Source of the DNA: Marinoscillum sp. | GTDB taxonomy: Bacteria > Bacteroidota > Bacteroidia > Cytophagales > Cyclobacteriaceae | Direction: 5' to 3' | Assembly: GCA_024305105.1 (NCBI GenBank) | Contig: JAMWZA010000004.1 | Coordinates: 7,876 to 71,875, forward strand | Length of the DNA stretch: 64,000 nucleotides | In this document: positions 1 through 9,765 of the stretch, piece by piece | How positions within the stretch are numbered: the stretch's first letter is position 1 | How the letters are laid out: every line of letters begins with the position of its first letter | Notes under the pieces: generated by a model | Databases searched by the model: none | What the model saw: only the letters and a program-made list of their open reading frames with translations | What the model was told of the DNA's origin: nothing | Translations under genes and position numbers: made by a program

Positions 1-572
1 TTAGTCCCTTTAGCTGCCTGCCAATAGCACCAGGGAAACTCCCCATTGGTCACATTTCTTTTCTCCCCGCTCTCGCCAAGAGGAGTCGTTTGAAATTTAT
101 AGTAGGCGTCCCAAGCCTTAGGGTCTTCATGGCTTGGATCTTTGTCATGAAAGGTCTTACCAATCCCTATGGTCTCAAAACCATTTTGCTTGAACAGGTA
201 GGGCAACGTGGGCTTATCACCCAATACCGACTGTAATGGCGTTACATTATCTAAAATCCCCAGGGTTTCCGGTCTCAATCCTGTCAAAAAAGACGATCTG
301 CTAGGTCCGCAAACTGCAAAATTACAATAGGCACGATTGAACTGAACACCCGATGCAGCAAGTCTGTCAATGTTGGGAGTAATCGCCAGGGTATCTCCGT
401 AAGTTCCCAGTGTCGGCTTGAGGTCATCTACGATGATCATTAGGACATTCTTATCCTTTGGTTGATCCGAATCATCCTGGCCTTGACTGCTACTCTGACA
501 CCCCAGCAACCAAAGAGTGCCAAATAGTATCAAAAAGAAATAAGACCGTCGTATAAGTATCGAATTTATCAT
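1..572 (-). CDS. S1 sulfatase, N-terminal part (runs off the left edge); probable lipoprotein, iduronate-2-sulfatase-like
   Basis: Manual translation from ATG at 572: MINSILIRRSYFFLILFGTLWLLGC...KNVLMIIVDDLKP...TPNIDRLA...CNFAVCGPSRSSFLTG...GKTFH. Has the CxPxR motif and an LLGC lipobox. Not in the ORF track. Confidence 0.9.
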   Translation of the reverse strand, partial: MINSILIRRSYFFLILFGTLWLLGCQSSSQGQDDSDQPKDKNVLMIIVDDLKPTLGTYGDTLAITPNIDRLAASGVQFNRAYCNFAVCGPSRSSFLTGLRPETLGILDNVTPLQSVLGDKPTLPYLFKQNGFETIGIGKTFHDKDPSHEDPKAWDAYYKFQTTPLGESGEKRNVTNGEFPWCYWQAAKGT

Positions 573-639
573 AACTTATTTAATAAGGTTAATTTTTCTA
601 CCATCGTAATTATCACGTCACCAATCGACTATACGCCTA

Positions 640-1575
640 TCACATCGTGGGTAACTCCAAAGCCACTTTTTCCCACATCGTCTCTTCATATAATCTGGTA
701 CTCCCCACTAACGCAAGTTCTTCCGTCTGATCACTAAAGGTGATTTTTACTGATACTCCATGACTATTTAACTCCTCCTCCAGGTGTCTTTTGAACAAGT
801 CAGCAGACTGGGAGATATTGCCACCAAAGCAAAGACAAGTCGGCTGGAACCTTTTTACCCATGGAGCAATTAGCTGTCCCATGTTATGTCCAAACCTGGC
901 AAATATTTCCTGTGCATGCTGATGTTTTCGTGCAGCTGCAGCAAGTGACTTTACACCATTTACTTTGACTCCATACTTCGTTTCACTTTCTTGCATGAAC
1001 CAACGAGTAGAAAAGTAGTCATCGACTATCCCTTCTTGAAATGGAAGATGCCAAAAACAGCCGTGCTCAGGCACATTCCTGTCACTGACAATAGGTACAC
1101 CACCCTTCATGAATGCAGATCCAATCCCTGTGCCCAGTGTAAAGCAAATAGACCGCTCATGTTTTTGAGCCTCCCCTTTCCAGCAGGCACCAATGGCAAA
1201 CGCGGTGGCATCATTGATGTACCGCATTGGTAACGGAGTATTCAAGCTCAACCTGTCAGATACTTCTTCAGTGATATTTAGGTTGTACAACGCATCGTAC
1301 TTGCCATTTCCCTGAAATAGTGCAATGCCATTTTTATAATCAAATGCACCTGGCATGGCAAAGGAAATTCCCAGAATATCTTCCAATTTGGCTTTATTCA
1401 TTACGCTCTTAATAGGCAAAACCCATTTCTTTAGCACATCATCAGCACTTGCTCCAGAATCGATGCGAAAATACTTGACCGTGTCGGGAACAATATCGCC
1501 AGCAGTCGTGACTAAGGCTGCCGATATATGACCACCTCCAACTTCTACTCCAATAATAAACTTTTGATTCTCCAT
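640..1575 (-). CDS. ROK family sugar kinase
   Basis: GVEVGGGHI, GISFAMPGAFDY, YINDATAFAIG and TLGTGIGSAF are typical of Bacteroidota ROK kinases. No CxCGxxGC zinc motif and no HTH. Confidence 0.85.
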   Translation of the reverse strand: MENQKFIIGVEVGGGHISAALVTTAGDIVPDTVKYFRIDSGASADDVLKKWVLPIKSVMNKAKLEDILGISFAMPGAFDYKNGIALFQGNGKYDALYNLNITEEVSDRLSLNTPLPMRYINDATAFAIGACWKGEAQKHERSICFTLGTGIGSAFMKGGVPIVSDRNVPEHGCFWHLPFQEGIVDDYFSTRWFMQESETKYGVKVNGVKSLAAAARKHQHAQEIFARFGHNMGQLIAPWVKRFQPTCLCFGGNISQSADLFKRHLEEELNSHGVSVKITFSDQTEELALVGSTRLYEETMWEKVALELPTM

Positions 1576-1606
1576 ATTTATTTAATCAATGTTATAATTA
1601 GTAAAG

Positions 1607-1653
1607 TAACTAGCAAAGTCTCACTGGATATCCAGTGAGGTCTTTGCTAGTTA
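1607..1653 (-). terminator. Long hairpin after the giant gene; terminator or mRNA stabiliser
   Basis: 12-bp outer stem taactagcaaag/ctttgctagtta encloses the perfect palindrome ctcactggatatccagtgag (1620-1639). It begins 8 nt after the stop codon. Confidence 0.7.
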
Positions 1654-1660
1654 TAGCTGG

Positions 1661-4600
1661 TTATTCAATAATAATTCTCTTGGCCACACTTTGATTGCCA
1701 GCTTGTACCTCGATCAAGTGCACACCCGACTTCAGGTACTCAACAGGGATTCTGTATCGGGTATTCGGCTGATCAAATTTTTGATCCAGCACTTTCACCC
1801 CTGCCATGTTGTACACAACTACTGATACCCCTTCTGTTGCCTCTGAACCTAACTCGATGGTCACAAACTCTGAAACCGGATTAGGGTAGATTTTCGTTTC
1901 CTTGATGGACAACTCCTGGAAATCCAACGAATTGGATGTTCTGGCACCTCCGTTGCTCACTAATTTGATGGCATCAATTCGGTTGGTCACCGATCCGGAT
2001 TTGGAATTGTAGATTCGGAACCAATTGATGGCATCCAGATCCGGTGTGCCTCCTGTTGTGCTCGCTGAGCTAACGTCCAGACTAACGAAATTCCAACCAC
2101 TTGAAAAACTGGTTAGGTTCCAGTGATACTCGTTTTGATCTGGTTGACCTCCGCTACCAAGTTCCACCTGGTTGCTGGATGTACTCATTTTAGAAGGATC
2201 AGATACATAGTACCAAAACTCTAAACGCGCATTCGAAGGTGTAAGACCTGAGACATATACTGGACTGAATACTTTATTAAACTCATTCGTACCAGACCCA
2301 ATGATTTTAACGCTATTGGTGCCCTGCTTGACAGTACCGCTTAGCACCAGATTATTAGACCCGGAGGAATTCCAACCAGTCAGCGCATCACAGTCATCCA
2401 GGAAGTTGTTGGGATCAAGAACCGTGATACTCACATTTCCTGATTGGTCACCAAACCACTCTACATTGTCCTGAACCATCTTCCACTGGAAATTGTAGGT
2501 ACCAGCTACCGACGGTGCAGTGATGTCAAAAGTGAAGGTTTTCTGAGCATTCGGACTGATGTTATCAGAATCATCCAACCAGACTCTATTCATTCCCCAG
2601 TCCGTATTGTCCTGCTCATTCTGACTTCCCAACTTGTACAGGTCAGCCTTGGTCCAGGAAGATGTTCCCGTATTCTTCATAGTCACACTCACAGTAGCCG
2701 TCTGACCGATATTAAGCGCAGTTGGCACTCCACTATTGGAGATAAATTGAGCTCCATTTTGAATGGACTGATAGTTGGCCGTAATGGTGGCCGTACCTGA
2801 AGGCATGGTCAGTGTAGTGCTGGAGGCATTCACATCTGCTATAGATGGACTTCCAGAGTCCACGGTCCAGCTAGTAAACACCTGTCCGGCCGGCGCAGCA
2901 TTGGCTGTGATATTCACTGTGGCTCCCGGAGCATAGCTTCCGCTTCCACTTCCGCTGTTCACCACCAGTGCATAGGTACTGGTCACGTAATTAGCTGTCA
3001 CCGAAACATTATTCGCACCCATCGTCAAAGTGGTGGATGAGGCAAGTAGATCTGCAATGGTAGCATTCCCGGAATCTATTGTCCATGAGTCAAACTCCTG
3101 TCCGGAAGGTGCCGCATCTGCGACAATGCTTACCGACTGGTTATACGTGAAGGTTCCGCCCCCGCTACCACTATTCACTGTTAATGAATAATCGATATTG
3201 CGATAAGTAGCCGTCACTTCGGCATTAGTAGCACCCATGGTCAGGTTGGTACTAATGGCATCCGGATCTACGATGCTCGGGGACCCTGAATCAATAACCC
3301 AGGCATCAAATTCCATACCTGTCGGTGCAGCGTTGGCCACTATGCTCACATCTGCTCCAGAAACATAAGAACCTGAACCTGAACCACTATTTACAATCAG
3401 CTCATAGTCAATATCCTTATAGGTAGCACTGATCGTCGCCCCACTATTGTTGATTGTTGCGGTGGTATTCGCTGCATTTTGGTCCGCAAAAAGGATCGTA
3501 CCGGCATCAATCGCCCAGATGTCAAACTCCTTGCCAGATGGTGGTGCATCAGCTACGATGTTCACATTGGTTCCGTCTGCATAACTGCCATCACCACTAC
3601 CACTGTTAACTGTTAGCTGATAGTTCACTCCTCCACTCGGATCAATGAGTTGAATCGCGTCAATTCGTGTGGTAATCGAAGACGATTTGAAATTGTACAA
3701 TCTAAACCAATTGATGGCATTGATATCCGGCGATCCAATCTTACTTGCTTCGCTAAGATTCAGATCAACCAAGTTCCATCCATCAGACAATGGCGGTAGG
3801 CTCCAATTATATTCCAACGAATCTGATTGTCCTGCACTACCTAGCTCCACTTGATTATTTCCTGTAAGCTGAGAAACATCAGAGACATAGTACCAAAAAC
3901 GTAATACAGCATCTGTCTCATTCAATCCTCCATTGTAGGCTGGACTAAACACCTTCTGAAACTCCATCTCCGTGGCTCCAATAAACTCTAGACTTCCAGT
4001 CCCTTGTTGTTTTTCTGTGCTTACTGTGATGGTTTGAGAGGAACCCCAACTGGTCGTGGCGTCACACTCGTCCAGGTAATTGGAGAGGTTTCCTACGGTC
4101 ACAATGACATTTTCCGTGGTGGCTCCAAACCATTCCACTTCATCCTGCACCATTCTCCATTGGAAATTGTATACCCCTGCGTTAGCTGGAGCTGAGGTGT
4201 TAAATGTAAAAGTCACTTCTTCATTTGGAGATACGCTATCACTTGCTGTTAGTTCTATCCGAGTAGACCCCCAATTATTGTTATCCTGGATATTCTGACT
4301 TCCCAGCTTGTACAGATCAGCTTGAGTCCAGGTGGTATTACCAGTATTCTTCATTGTGACTGTCGCCGTAAACGATTCACTTACATCAAGAGACGAAGGA
4401 ACGCTTTGAGAGACGAAGACTGCTCCATTTCCATTGATAGATGGTGTGATGGGGATGGTCGCTGACATTGGTATAGTACCATCCAGCATTTGCTGTGTGG
4501 CATCCGCCAATTGCAAATACCAGTCACTAGGCAAACTTTCCTGATCTTCGTCGAGAGTGACCATGGTAGACTTCAGGCCTACGGGTAAGTCAGCCTCTGT

Positions 4601-7600
4601 CTCTGCAATCTTAAACATTGCTGTACCTTCGTCTACTTCATCAAACATGGCTACATAGATGAAATCAGAACCTGCATCTATGGCATTGTAAGCTTGTTTC
4701 CAGTAGAAATCACCACCATATCTAGGATGTTGGTTGAACGTGCCTCCATGTAAGTTTAGCCAGGAGAATCCGGGCCATATGACCGGCATATAATCCACAC
4801 CATTGGTATTACAATCCGCCAAATCCGGAACAATCTTGGTGGTCTTCCAATTATCCACTCCAGTATTGCCATATCGACCTACCGTCCATGGCGAAATCAT
4901 ATCCAGGGAATGATACACAGAGGTCCACCCGCTTCCGGTTTCTGAATCCCCGGAAAGGGTTTGCCAACCGCTAGGTACTCCTCCAACCACATACATTCCA
5001 TGTGTATTCCTGAAATAGTCGATGAGAGATTGGAAAGTCGCAGTGGTAAGTCCTCTATCCTTAAATCCGATACCCCATATTGCAATAACCGGTTTACCAT
5101 TCTGATGGACATACTCTGGTGCATTTAGAATATCAAAGGTATCAATCAAATACTCCCAGTCATCAGTGATTTTAGTGAGCAAGGTTCCATCATCGGCTAC
5201 ACCTGAAACATCATACATGATCGAGAATTTGCGATCATACTCTGTCGAAGCTGATATCACATTTTCCAGCACATCATTTCGAACCTGGAAGAATCGATTG
5301 TCCTGTACTTCTCCCAAAAAGCGCTGTAAATAAACGCCGTGAACGTTATAATCTTGCATCCACTCAAAGTGTTTGCGTGTGGTGCTCAGGTCATGAGAAG
5401 AAAACAATGCCGCATTCGTACCATCAGAGTAGGTCATGTTGGTATTATGAGTATCCGTGTATTCCGACATATCGGGCCACATGTCCACCCCAATGTTGGC
5501 TGCAGAAGGATCTGTTCTTCCGGCACTGTTGAACCAGTGGCGCCATTCATTCGGTGTGGAGTTATCTGACTGTGCCAGGAACCATCCTTGATAGCCCATC
5601 ATCAGTTTATGTGTCAACTGATCCTGATCCGGTGCTGCCGTAACGGTAACTACCTTATTGGTAGACTGCTCACCAAACCACTCTACCATATCCTGTACCA
5701 TTCGCCATTGGAAATTGTATGTTCCAGCGGCACTTGGTGCTGTAATGGTGAAGGTGAACGCTTTTTGCTGACCAGGTGCAATCTCTTCCCCCTCCTCAAG
5801 CTCTACACGTTGAAAACCCCAGTCTGGATTATCCTGTGGATTTTGGCTTCCCAACTTATGCAGATCAGTTTTTCTCCATGTAGTCTGCCCGGTGTTGCTC
5901 ATCACTACAGTTACTTCCACTGAATCACCTGCCACCATCGTAGATGGCACTATTTGCGAAACAAAAGATGCTGCGTTCGTAAGATTGGTAGCAGTAAAAG
6001 TAGCAGTAATGGATACGTCTGATGCTCCCATCACCATGGTCGTACTACTTGCATTGGCATTCGTGATAGTTGGCGAACCTGAATCCACTACCCACTGGTC
6101 AAACACCTGACCCGGAGGTGCTGCATCAGCACTGATATTAACCGTGGCATCATGAGCATAATCTCCATCACCAGATCCATTGTTGACCACTAGGGTATTT
6201 GGCGAACAGGTACCTTCCTGAACTCCGCAACCACACTCACCCGGGCTCGATTTGTCAGGATCGTTCGGGCAATCATCCGTAGAAAGTGGCAATGTCGCCC
6301 AATCTACATCATAAGCTGGCCCATTGATCTCTTTGACCAGTGCCAGGGTTGGATCACCTATTCCATCGATATATCCCGTTTGAAGTTGTCGGGTACTATT
6401 ATCCTCTACATTGATGTACTGGATGACCACTCTTGGAGGGTTGTCCAATACATGAAACTCCATATATCCGTGAGTGGAACCTGTGTGACACACAGAACCG
6501 GTATTATAATGTACTGCTCCATTTGGATAGTTGACATTATATTGAGGGTAGCGCTCAAACGTATGAATGGTAGCTGAAAGACAAATATCCGCCGTAGATA
6601 ACAGCAAATTTTTTCGATAAGAATTGAAATTCGCTTCTTTCACAAAATCACCACCTCTACTATGGGCAATAACGATGATAATATCCTTATTGGTTTTTAA
6701 AGGTGCGAGTGAATCAAGCTTTTGCTGCATAAATGCTCTGGACTCCTCCTTAAAGGCAACACTGGCACTAGAAGGCTGATCAGAAAAGTGAAGCTGGATT
6801 AAGTGTATTTTAAATCCACTGTTTTGGAAATGTGCATAATAATCCACCTTATTCGGCTGCATGTCTACATTGCTGCGCCCAAAGAAGTTGTCTACATAGT
6901 TAAAAAGCGGCCAACCAGATCCCCAGTCATCTTGTCCGCTACCAAATGCCTGATTTTCACCATCAGCAATATTCGGATAGAAGTTGGTTTTCCAATAGCT
7001 GTCGTTTTGAATAAACGATAGAAAAGGATCATTTCCGTTTGAATTTACAAGATGATCTCCAGCACCGATCACAAACTCAGATCCACGGACCCAGGCATCC
7101 ATTCGCTGCATGCTGGTCAGGGATTTAGAAGCTGTGGCTGATAGCGGGCTATCCCCCTTATTATCACTCATTAGCGAAAATCGAAAAAGAGATCCATTGT
7201 CCAAATCCTCGATGCTGCTCACTGTGTAATCTGCTGAGGGGTCAACGACCTGAATTCCGTCAATCCTGGTAGTGACACTTCCTGATTTGACATTGTATAT
7301 TCTAAACCAGTCGATCGCATTGAGGTCGGGATTACCGCTGACTGAGGCTTCGCTAATGCTAAGGCTGATAAAGTTCCAACCATTTACCAGACCAGACAGG
7401 CTCCAGTGGTATTCATCCACATCCGCCTGACCGCCACTTCCGAGTTCCACTTGATTGGAACTGCCCATGACTGCAGCGTTGGATACGTAATACCAAAATT
7501 CTAATTTGGCATGAGTGGGGTTGGCTCCAGAATTGTATGGAGTGAATACTTTACGAAACTCGTCGGTTTGGCTCCCTACAAATTGAATGGAATGATCACT

Positions 7601-9229
7601 TTGTTTGGACGTAGAGCTCAGACTAAGCGATCCTGATGACGTCCACCCTGAGAGTGACTCGGCATCATCGAGAAAGTTGTAATCCCCGGCGGTAAAATTG
7701 ACCGGGCTAGATTCCTTGCTATTGCCCTGATCGTCTGTTGCCACTGCTTTAAGCGTGTAGCTTCCGTCCGTTGGGATAGCGTAAGAAACTGAATATGGGG
7801 CTGTATTGTCAGTAGCTATGAGTTGATCATTGCTATAAAATGCTACAGAGGCAACCGTACCATCACTATCGGAGGCTGTGGCATCAACATTAATGGTGGG
7901 TAATCCTTCAAAGTAACTACCATCTGCCGGAGAAATAATCGACACTACTGGCAGGGCTACATTGTTGTTTTGAATAGTGACCACTGAACCATTTGACGGG
8001 TTCCAGATGTCAAGATTACTTGGTATGGAAAATGGATTGGCGTTTGAGTTCTCCCCTACAGAAGTAGCGTTGTCCAGTTTGATTGTTCGAACTTCGATTT
8101 TGCTCTGATCCACAAAAATCCACTTAAACTGGTTAAAATTTCCTGAATTACGAGTCCATGATTTGTCGTCATCATTGGTCCTGTTGGGAGCTCCCCAGCA
8201 ACCTTCCCCTACATAAACGGTTCCATTAGCATCATCACGAATAAAACCTTCGTCGTTGCCACTGTTTGTAGATGGAATTACTGGCCAGGTGGTTTTAACG
8301 GTGTGCGCATCGCATTCTACCACGAGCTTTACGTTGTAGTCATAAAACTTCTGTGCCCAGCTATTGTACTGGCCATTTTGCTCTGGCTTACCAGCCACAT
8401 GTGGCCTTATTGGCTTGTGGTACTGAGCTGTTTTCCAGGTAACAAAGTCATTGGCTGTCAGATCATTGAGCAACCATGATTCCTGATTTCCATTCACAGC
8501 AATTTCGGTATTGAGTGTATAGGCCCTGATCAACGAGCCTCCGAAAGTCAATGCATAATAAACACTCGAATTATTCCTCGGCGTATCAAACAAGTGATAG
8601 ATGTAATCATCATTGGTTTCGTGATTTCCTCGGGCAGCCACAACAGGATACATTCTACCATCATTGCTAATGGTTAGCTGCCAGTCATCAAACCACTCCT
8701 GCCACTCGGTATTCGAACAGGTATTGGTCATGTCACCGCCAAACAATACCGCGTGAGGTTTTAATTTACTCACCAGTCTGTTACCGTTTTGACGTGGTGT
8801 TCGGTTGTTTCTGGAATCACCACCTGCGATAAAAGAAAGCCGTTCGGTCGGAACATTGGGTGCCGTCTTAAACCAAAACCTGGAGCTGGTGCTGTTAGAA
8901 TCCTTAATTACAAAATAGTAGGCAGTATTTGGTTGAAGTCCCGTTAATCTCGCAAAGTGATTGTCCATACCCGCAAAACCAACGCTTCTGGAAGCGCCTA
9001 GTGAATTGGGGTAACTGGCCCAATCGGTTCCCTGATCCACGGTGCCATAATATACGGTCACACCGGATCCGTCTATTTGATTCCAGCCGATTACTATGGA
9101 GGTGGCCGGATTATCCCTAAGAGTGAGTCGATACTTATCTGTAGATGCAGATAATCCCAATGATAGCAAGAGCGCCATCAATAACAGGGGGTATTTGTAT
9201 TTCATAACATTATCATTTAAGGTTATCAT
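1661..9229 (-). CDS. 2522-aa T9SS-secreted multidomain enzyme: purple acid phosphatase-like, second metallophosphoesterase-like and GH99/GH71-like domains plus repeated Ig/beta-sandwich modules
   Basis: Signal peptide (likely start MKYKY at 9205). PAP motifs GGDSR, GGDMTN, RGNHE, YHKP, ECDAH. GH99/71-like motifs MMGYQGWF, LQRF, IAIWGIGF, SPWTVGRY, WPGFSW, AMFDEVDEGT. C-terminal IYPNPV...KRIIIE sorting domain. Confidence 0.85.
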   Translation of the reverse strand: MITLNDNVMKYKYPLLLMALLLSLGLSASTDKYRLTLRDNPATSIVIGWNQIDGSGVTVYYGTVDQGTDWASYPNSLGASRSVGFAGMDNHFARLTGLQPNTAYYFVIKDSNSTSSRFWFKTAPNVPTERLSFIAGGDSRNNRTPRQNGNRLVSKLKPHAVLFGGDMTNTCSNTEWQEWFDDWQLTISNDGRMYPVVAARGNHETNDDYIYHLFDTPRNNSSVYYALTFGGSLIRAYTLNTEIAVNGNQESWLLNDLTANDFVTWKTAQYHKPIRPHVAGKPEQNGQYNSWAQKFYDYNVKLVVECDAHTVKTTWPVIPSTNSGNDEGFIRDDANGTVYVGEGCWGAPNRTNDDDKSWTRNSGNFNQFKWIFVDQSKIEVRTIKLDNATSVGENSNANPFSIPSNLDIWNPSNGSVVTIQNNNVALPVVSIISPADGSYFEGLPTINVDATASDSDGTVASVAFYSNDQLIATDNTAPYSVSYAIPTDGSYTLKAVATDDQGNSKESSPVNFTAGDYNFLDDAESLSGWTSSGSLSLSSTSKQSDHSIQFVGSQTDEFRKVFTPYNSGANPTHAKLEFWYYVSNAAVMGSSNQVELGSGGQADVDEYHWSLSGLVNGWNFISLSISEASVSGNPDLNAIDWFRIYNVKSGSVTTRIDGIQVVDPSADYTVSSIEDLDNGSLFRFSLMSDNKGDSPLSATASKSLTSMQRMDAWVRGSEFVIGAGDHLVNSNGNDPFLSFIQNDSYWKTNFYPNIADGENQAFGSGQDDWGSGWPLFNYVDNFFGRSNVDMQPNKVDYYAHFQNSGFKIHLIQLHFSDQPSSASVAFKEESRAFMQQKLDSLAPLKTNKDIIIVIAHSRGGDFVKEANFNSYRKNLLLSTADICLSATIHTFERYPQYNVNYPNGAVHYNTGSVCHTGSTHGYMEFHVLDNPPRVVIQYINVEDNSTRQLQTGYIDGIGDPTLALVKEINGPAYDVDWATLPLSTDDCPNDPDKSSPGECGCGVQEGTCSPNTLVVNNGSGDGDYAHDATVNISADAAPPGQVFDQWVVDSGSPTITNANASSTTMVMGASDVSITATFTATNLTNAASFVSQIVPSTMVAGDSVEVTVVMSNTGQTTWRKTDLHKLGSQNPQDNPDWGFQRVELEEGEEIAPGQQKAFTFTITAPSAAGTYNFQWRMVQDMVEWFGEQSTNKVVTVTAAPDQDQLTHKLMMGYQGWFLAQSDNSTPNEWRHWFNSAGRTDPSAANIGVDMWPDMSEYTDTHNTNMTYSDGTNAALFSSHDLSTTRKHFEWMQDYNVHGVYLQRFLGEVQDNRFFQVRNDVLENVISASTEYDRKFSIMYDVSGVADDGTLLTKITDDWEYLIDTFDILNAPEYVHQNGKPVIAIWGIGFKDRGLTTATFQSLIDYFRNTHGMYVVGGVPSGWQTLSGDSETGSGWTSVYHSLDMISPWTVGRYGNTGVDNWKTTKIVPDLADCNTNGVDYMPVIWPGFSWLNLHGGTFNQHPRYGGDFYWKQAYNAIDAGSDFIYVAMFDEVDEGTAMFKIAETEADLPVGLKSTMVTLDEDQESLPSDWYLQLADATQQMLDGTIPMSATIPITPSINGNGAVFVSQSVPSSLDVSESFTATVTMKNTGNTTWTQADLYKLGSQNIQDNNNWGSTRIELTASDSVSPNEEVTFTFNTSAPANAGVYNFQWRMVQDEVEWFGATTENVIVTVGNLSNYLDECDATTSWGSSQTITVSTEKQQGTGSLEFIGATEMEFQKVFSPAYNGGLNETDAVLRFWYYVSDVSQLTGNNQVELGSAGQSDSLEYNWSLPPLSDGWNLVDLNLSEASKIGSPDINAINWFRLYNFKSSSITTRIDAIQLIDPSGGVNYQLTVNSGSGDGSYADGTNVNIVADAPPSGKEFDIWAIDAGTILFADQNAANTTATINNSGATISATYKDIDYELIVNSGSGSGSYVSGADVSIVANAAPTGMEFDAWVIDSGSPSIVDPDAISTNLTMGATNAEVTATYRNIDYSLTVNSGSGGGTFTYNQSVSIVADAAPSGQEFDSWTIDSGNATIADLLASSTTLTMGANNVSVTANYVTSTYALVVNSGSGSGSYAPGATVNITANAAPAGQVFTSWTVDSGSPSIADVNASSTTLTMPSGTATITANYQSIQNGAQFISNSGVPTALNIGQTATVSVTMKNTGTSSWTKADLYKLGSQNEQDNTDWGMNRVWLDDSDNISPNAQKTFTFDITAPSVAGTYNFQWKMVQDNVEWFGDQSGNVSITVLDPNNFLDDCDALTGWNSSGSNNLVLSGTVKQGTNSVKIIGSGTNEFNKVFSPVYVSGLTPSNARLEFWYYVSDPSKMSTSSNQVELGSGGQPDQNEYHWNLTSFSSGWNFVSLDVSSASTTGGTPDLDAINWFRIYNSKSGSVTNRIDAIKLVSNGGARTSNSLDFQELSIKETKIYPNPVSEFVTIELGSEATEGVSVVVYNMAGVKVLDQKFDQPNTRYRIPVEYLKSGVHLIEVQAGNQSVAKRIIIE
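1952..7681 (-). repeat. Intragenic domain repeats: three ~148-aa beta-sandwich units, three NBR1-like Ig units, five ~70-aa LxVNxGSG units
   Basis: Beta-sandwich units at aa ~517-664, 1716-1864, 2274-2426 share FWYYVS..NQVELGS.G....EY.W...GWN...WFR.YN. NBR1-like units at aa ~1085-1198, 1601-1713, 2158-2271 share NTG..W...KLGSQN..DN..WG...YNFQW.MVQD.VEWFG. InlB-B-like units at aa ~1012-1080 and 1870-2155. Confidence 0.9.
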
Positions 9230-9765
9230 TTGGTCGTCAATCTTTTGGAGGTGGTGGTTTCTGGTTGTCGAATGAATACTACATAGAGCTATTTTTTTAG
9301 TTGAATAATGATCCTACTTCTTGAGAAGTATTGACTAGTAATCGCAAGTCCTCATGTTGCATTCCTTCCTTCACAACCTGAAAACCGCCATTACCTGAAC
9401 TGTTTAAAATCAGTTCGTTCAGGCACAATCCAATTTTCGCAATGAGCAGTTAATAATTGATTAATGAGTGGTAAAAAATGAATTAATCAGGGTGCTTTTT
9501 TAAAATATTTTAAAAAAAATGCTCATAAGAAAAATGCATTCTATTGAAATTAAAGTGAGATTTATCGCTCCTCTTTCACCTGGTTAATTGGCTTTTTTCA
9601 AACAAATCATTACTTTTAAATAATAGTCCAATACGGAATTGCACTTTCCTTCCTTCAGTCTCCGTTTTTGGTCGCAGAATTAATCAGTCGTTTCAAGGCA
9701 CGTGAATTCCAGCAATCTGGCTACACTTTTTTTTGTGTGTTCCGCCATCTGGGATATGAATTTAT

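Noticed and set aside
9290-9450. Roughly 48-codon open frame and hairpin cctgaac...gttcagg (9394-9423) upstream of the giant gene
   Set aside because: No ATG start and no recognisable riboswitch consensus; a short hairpin alone is insufficient.
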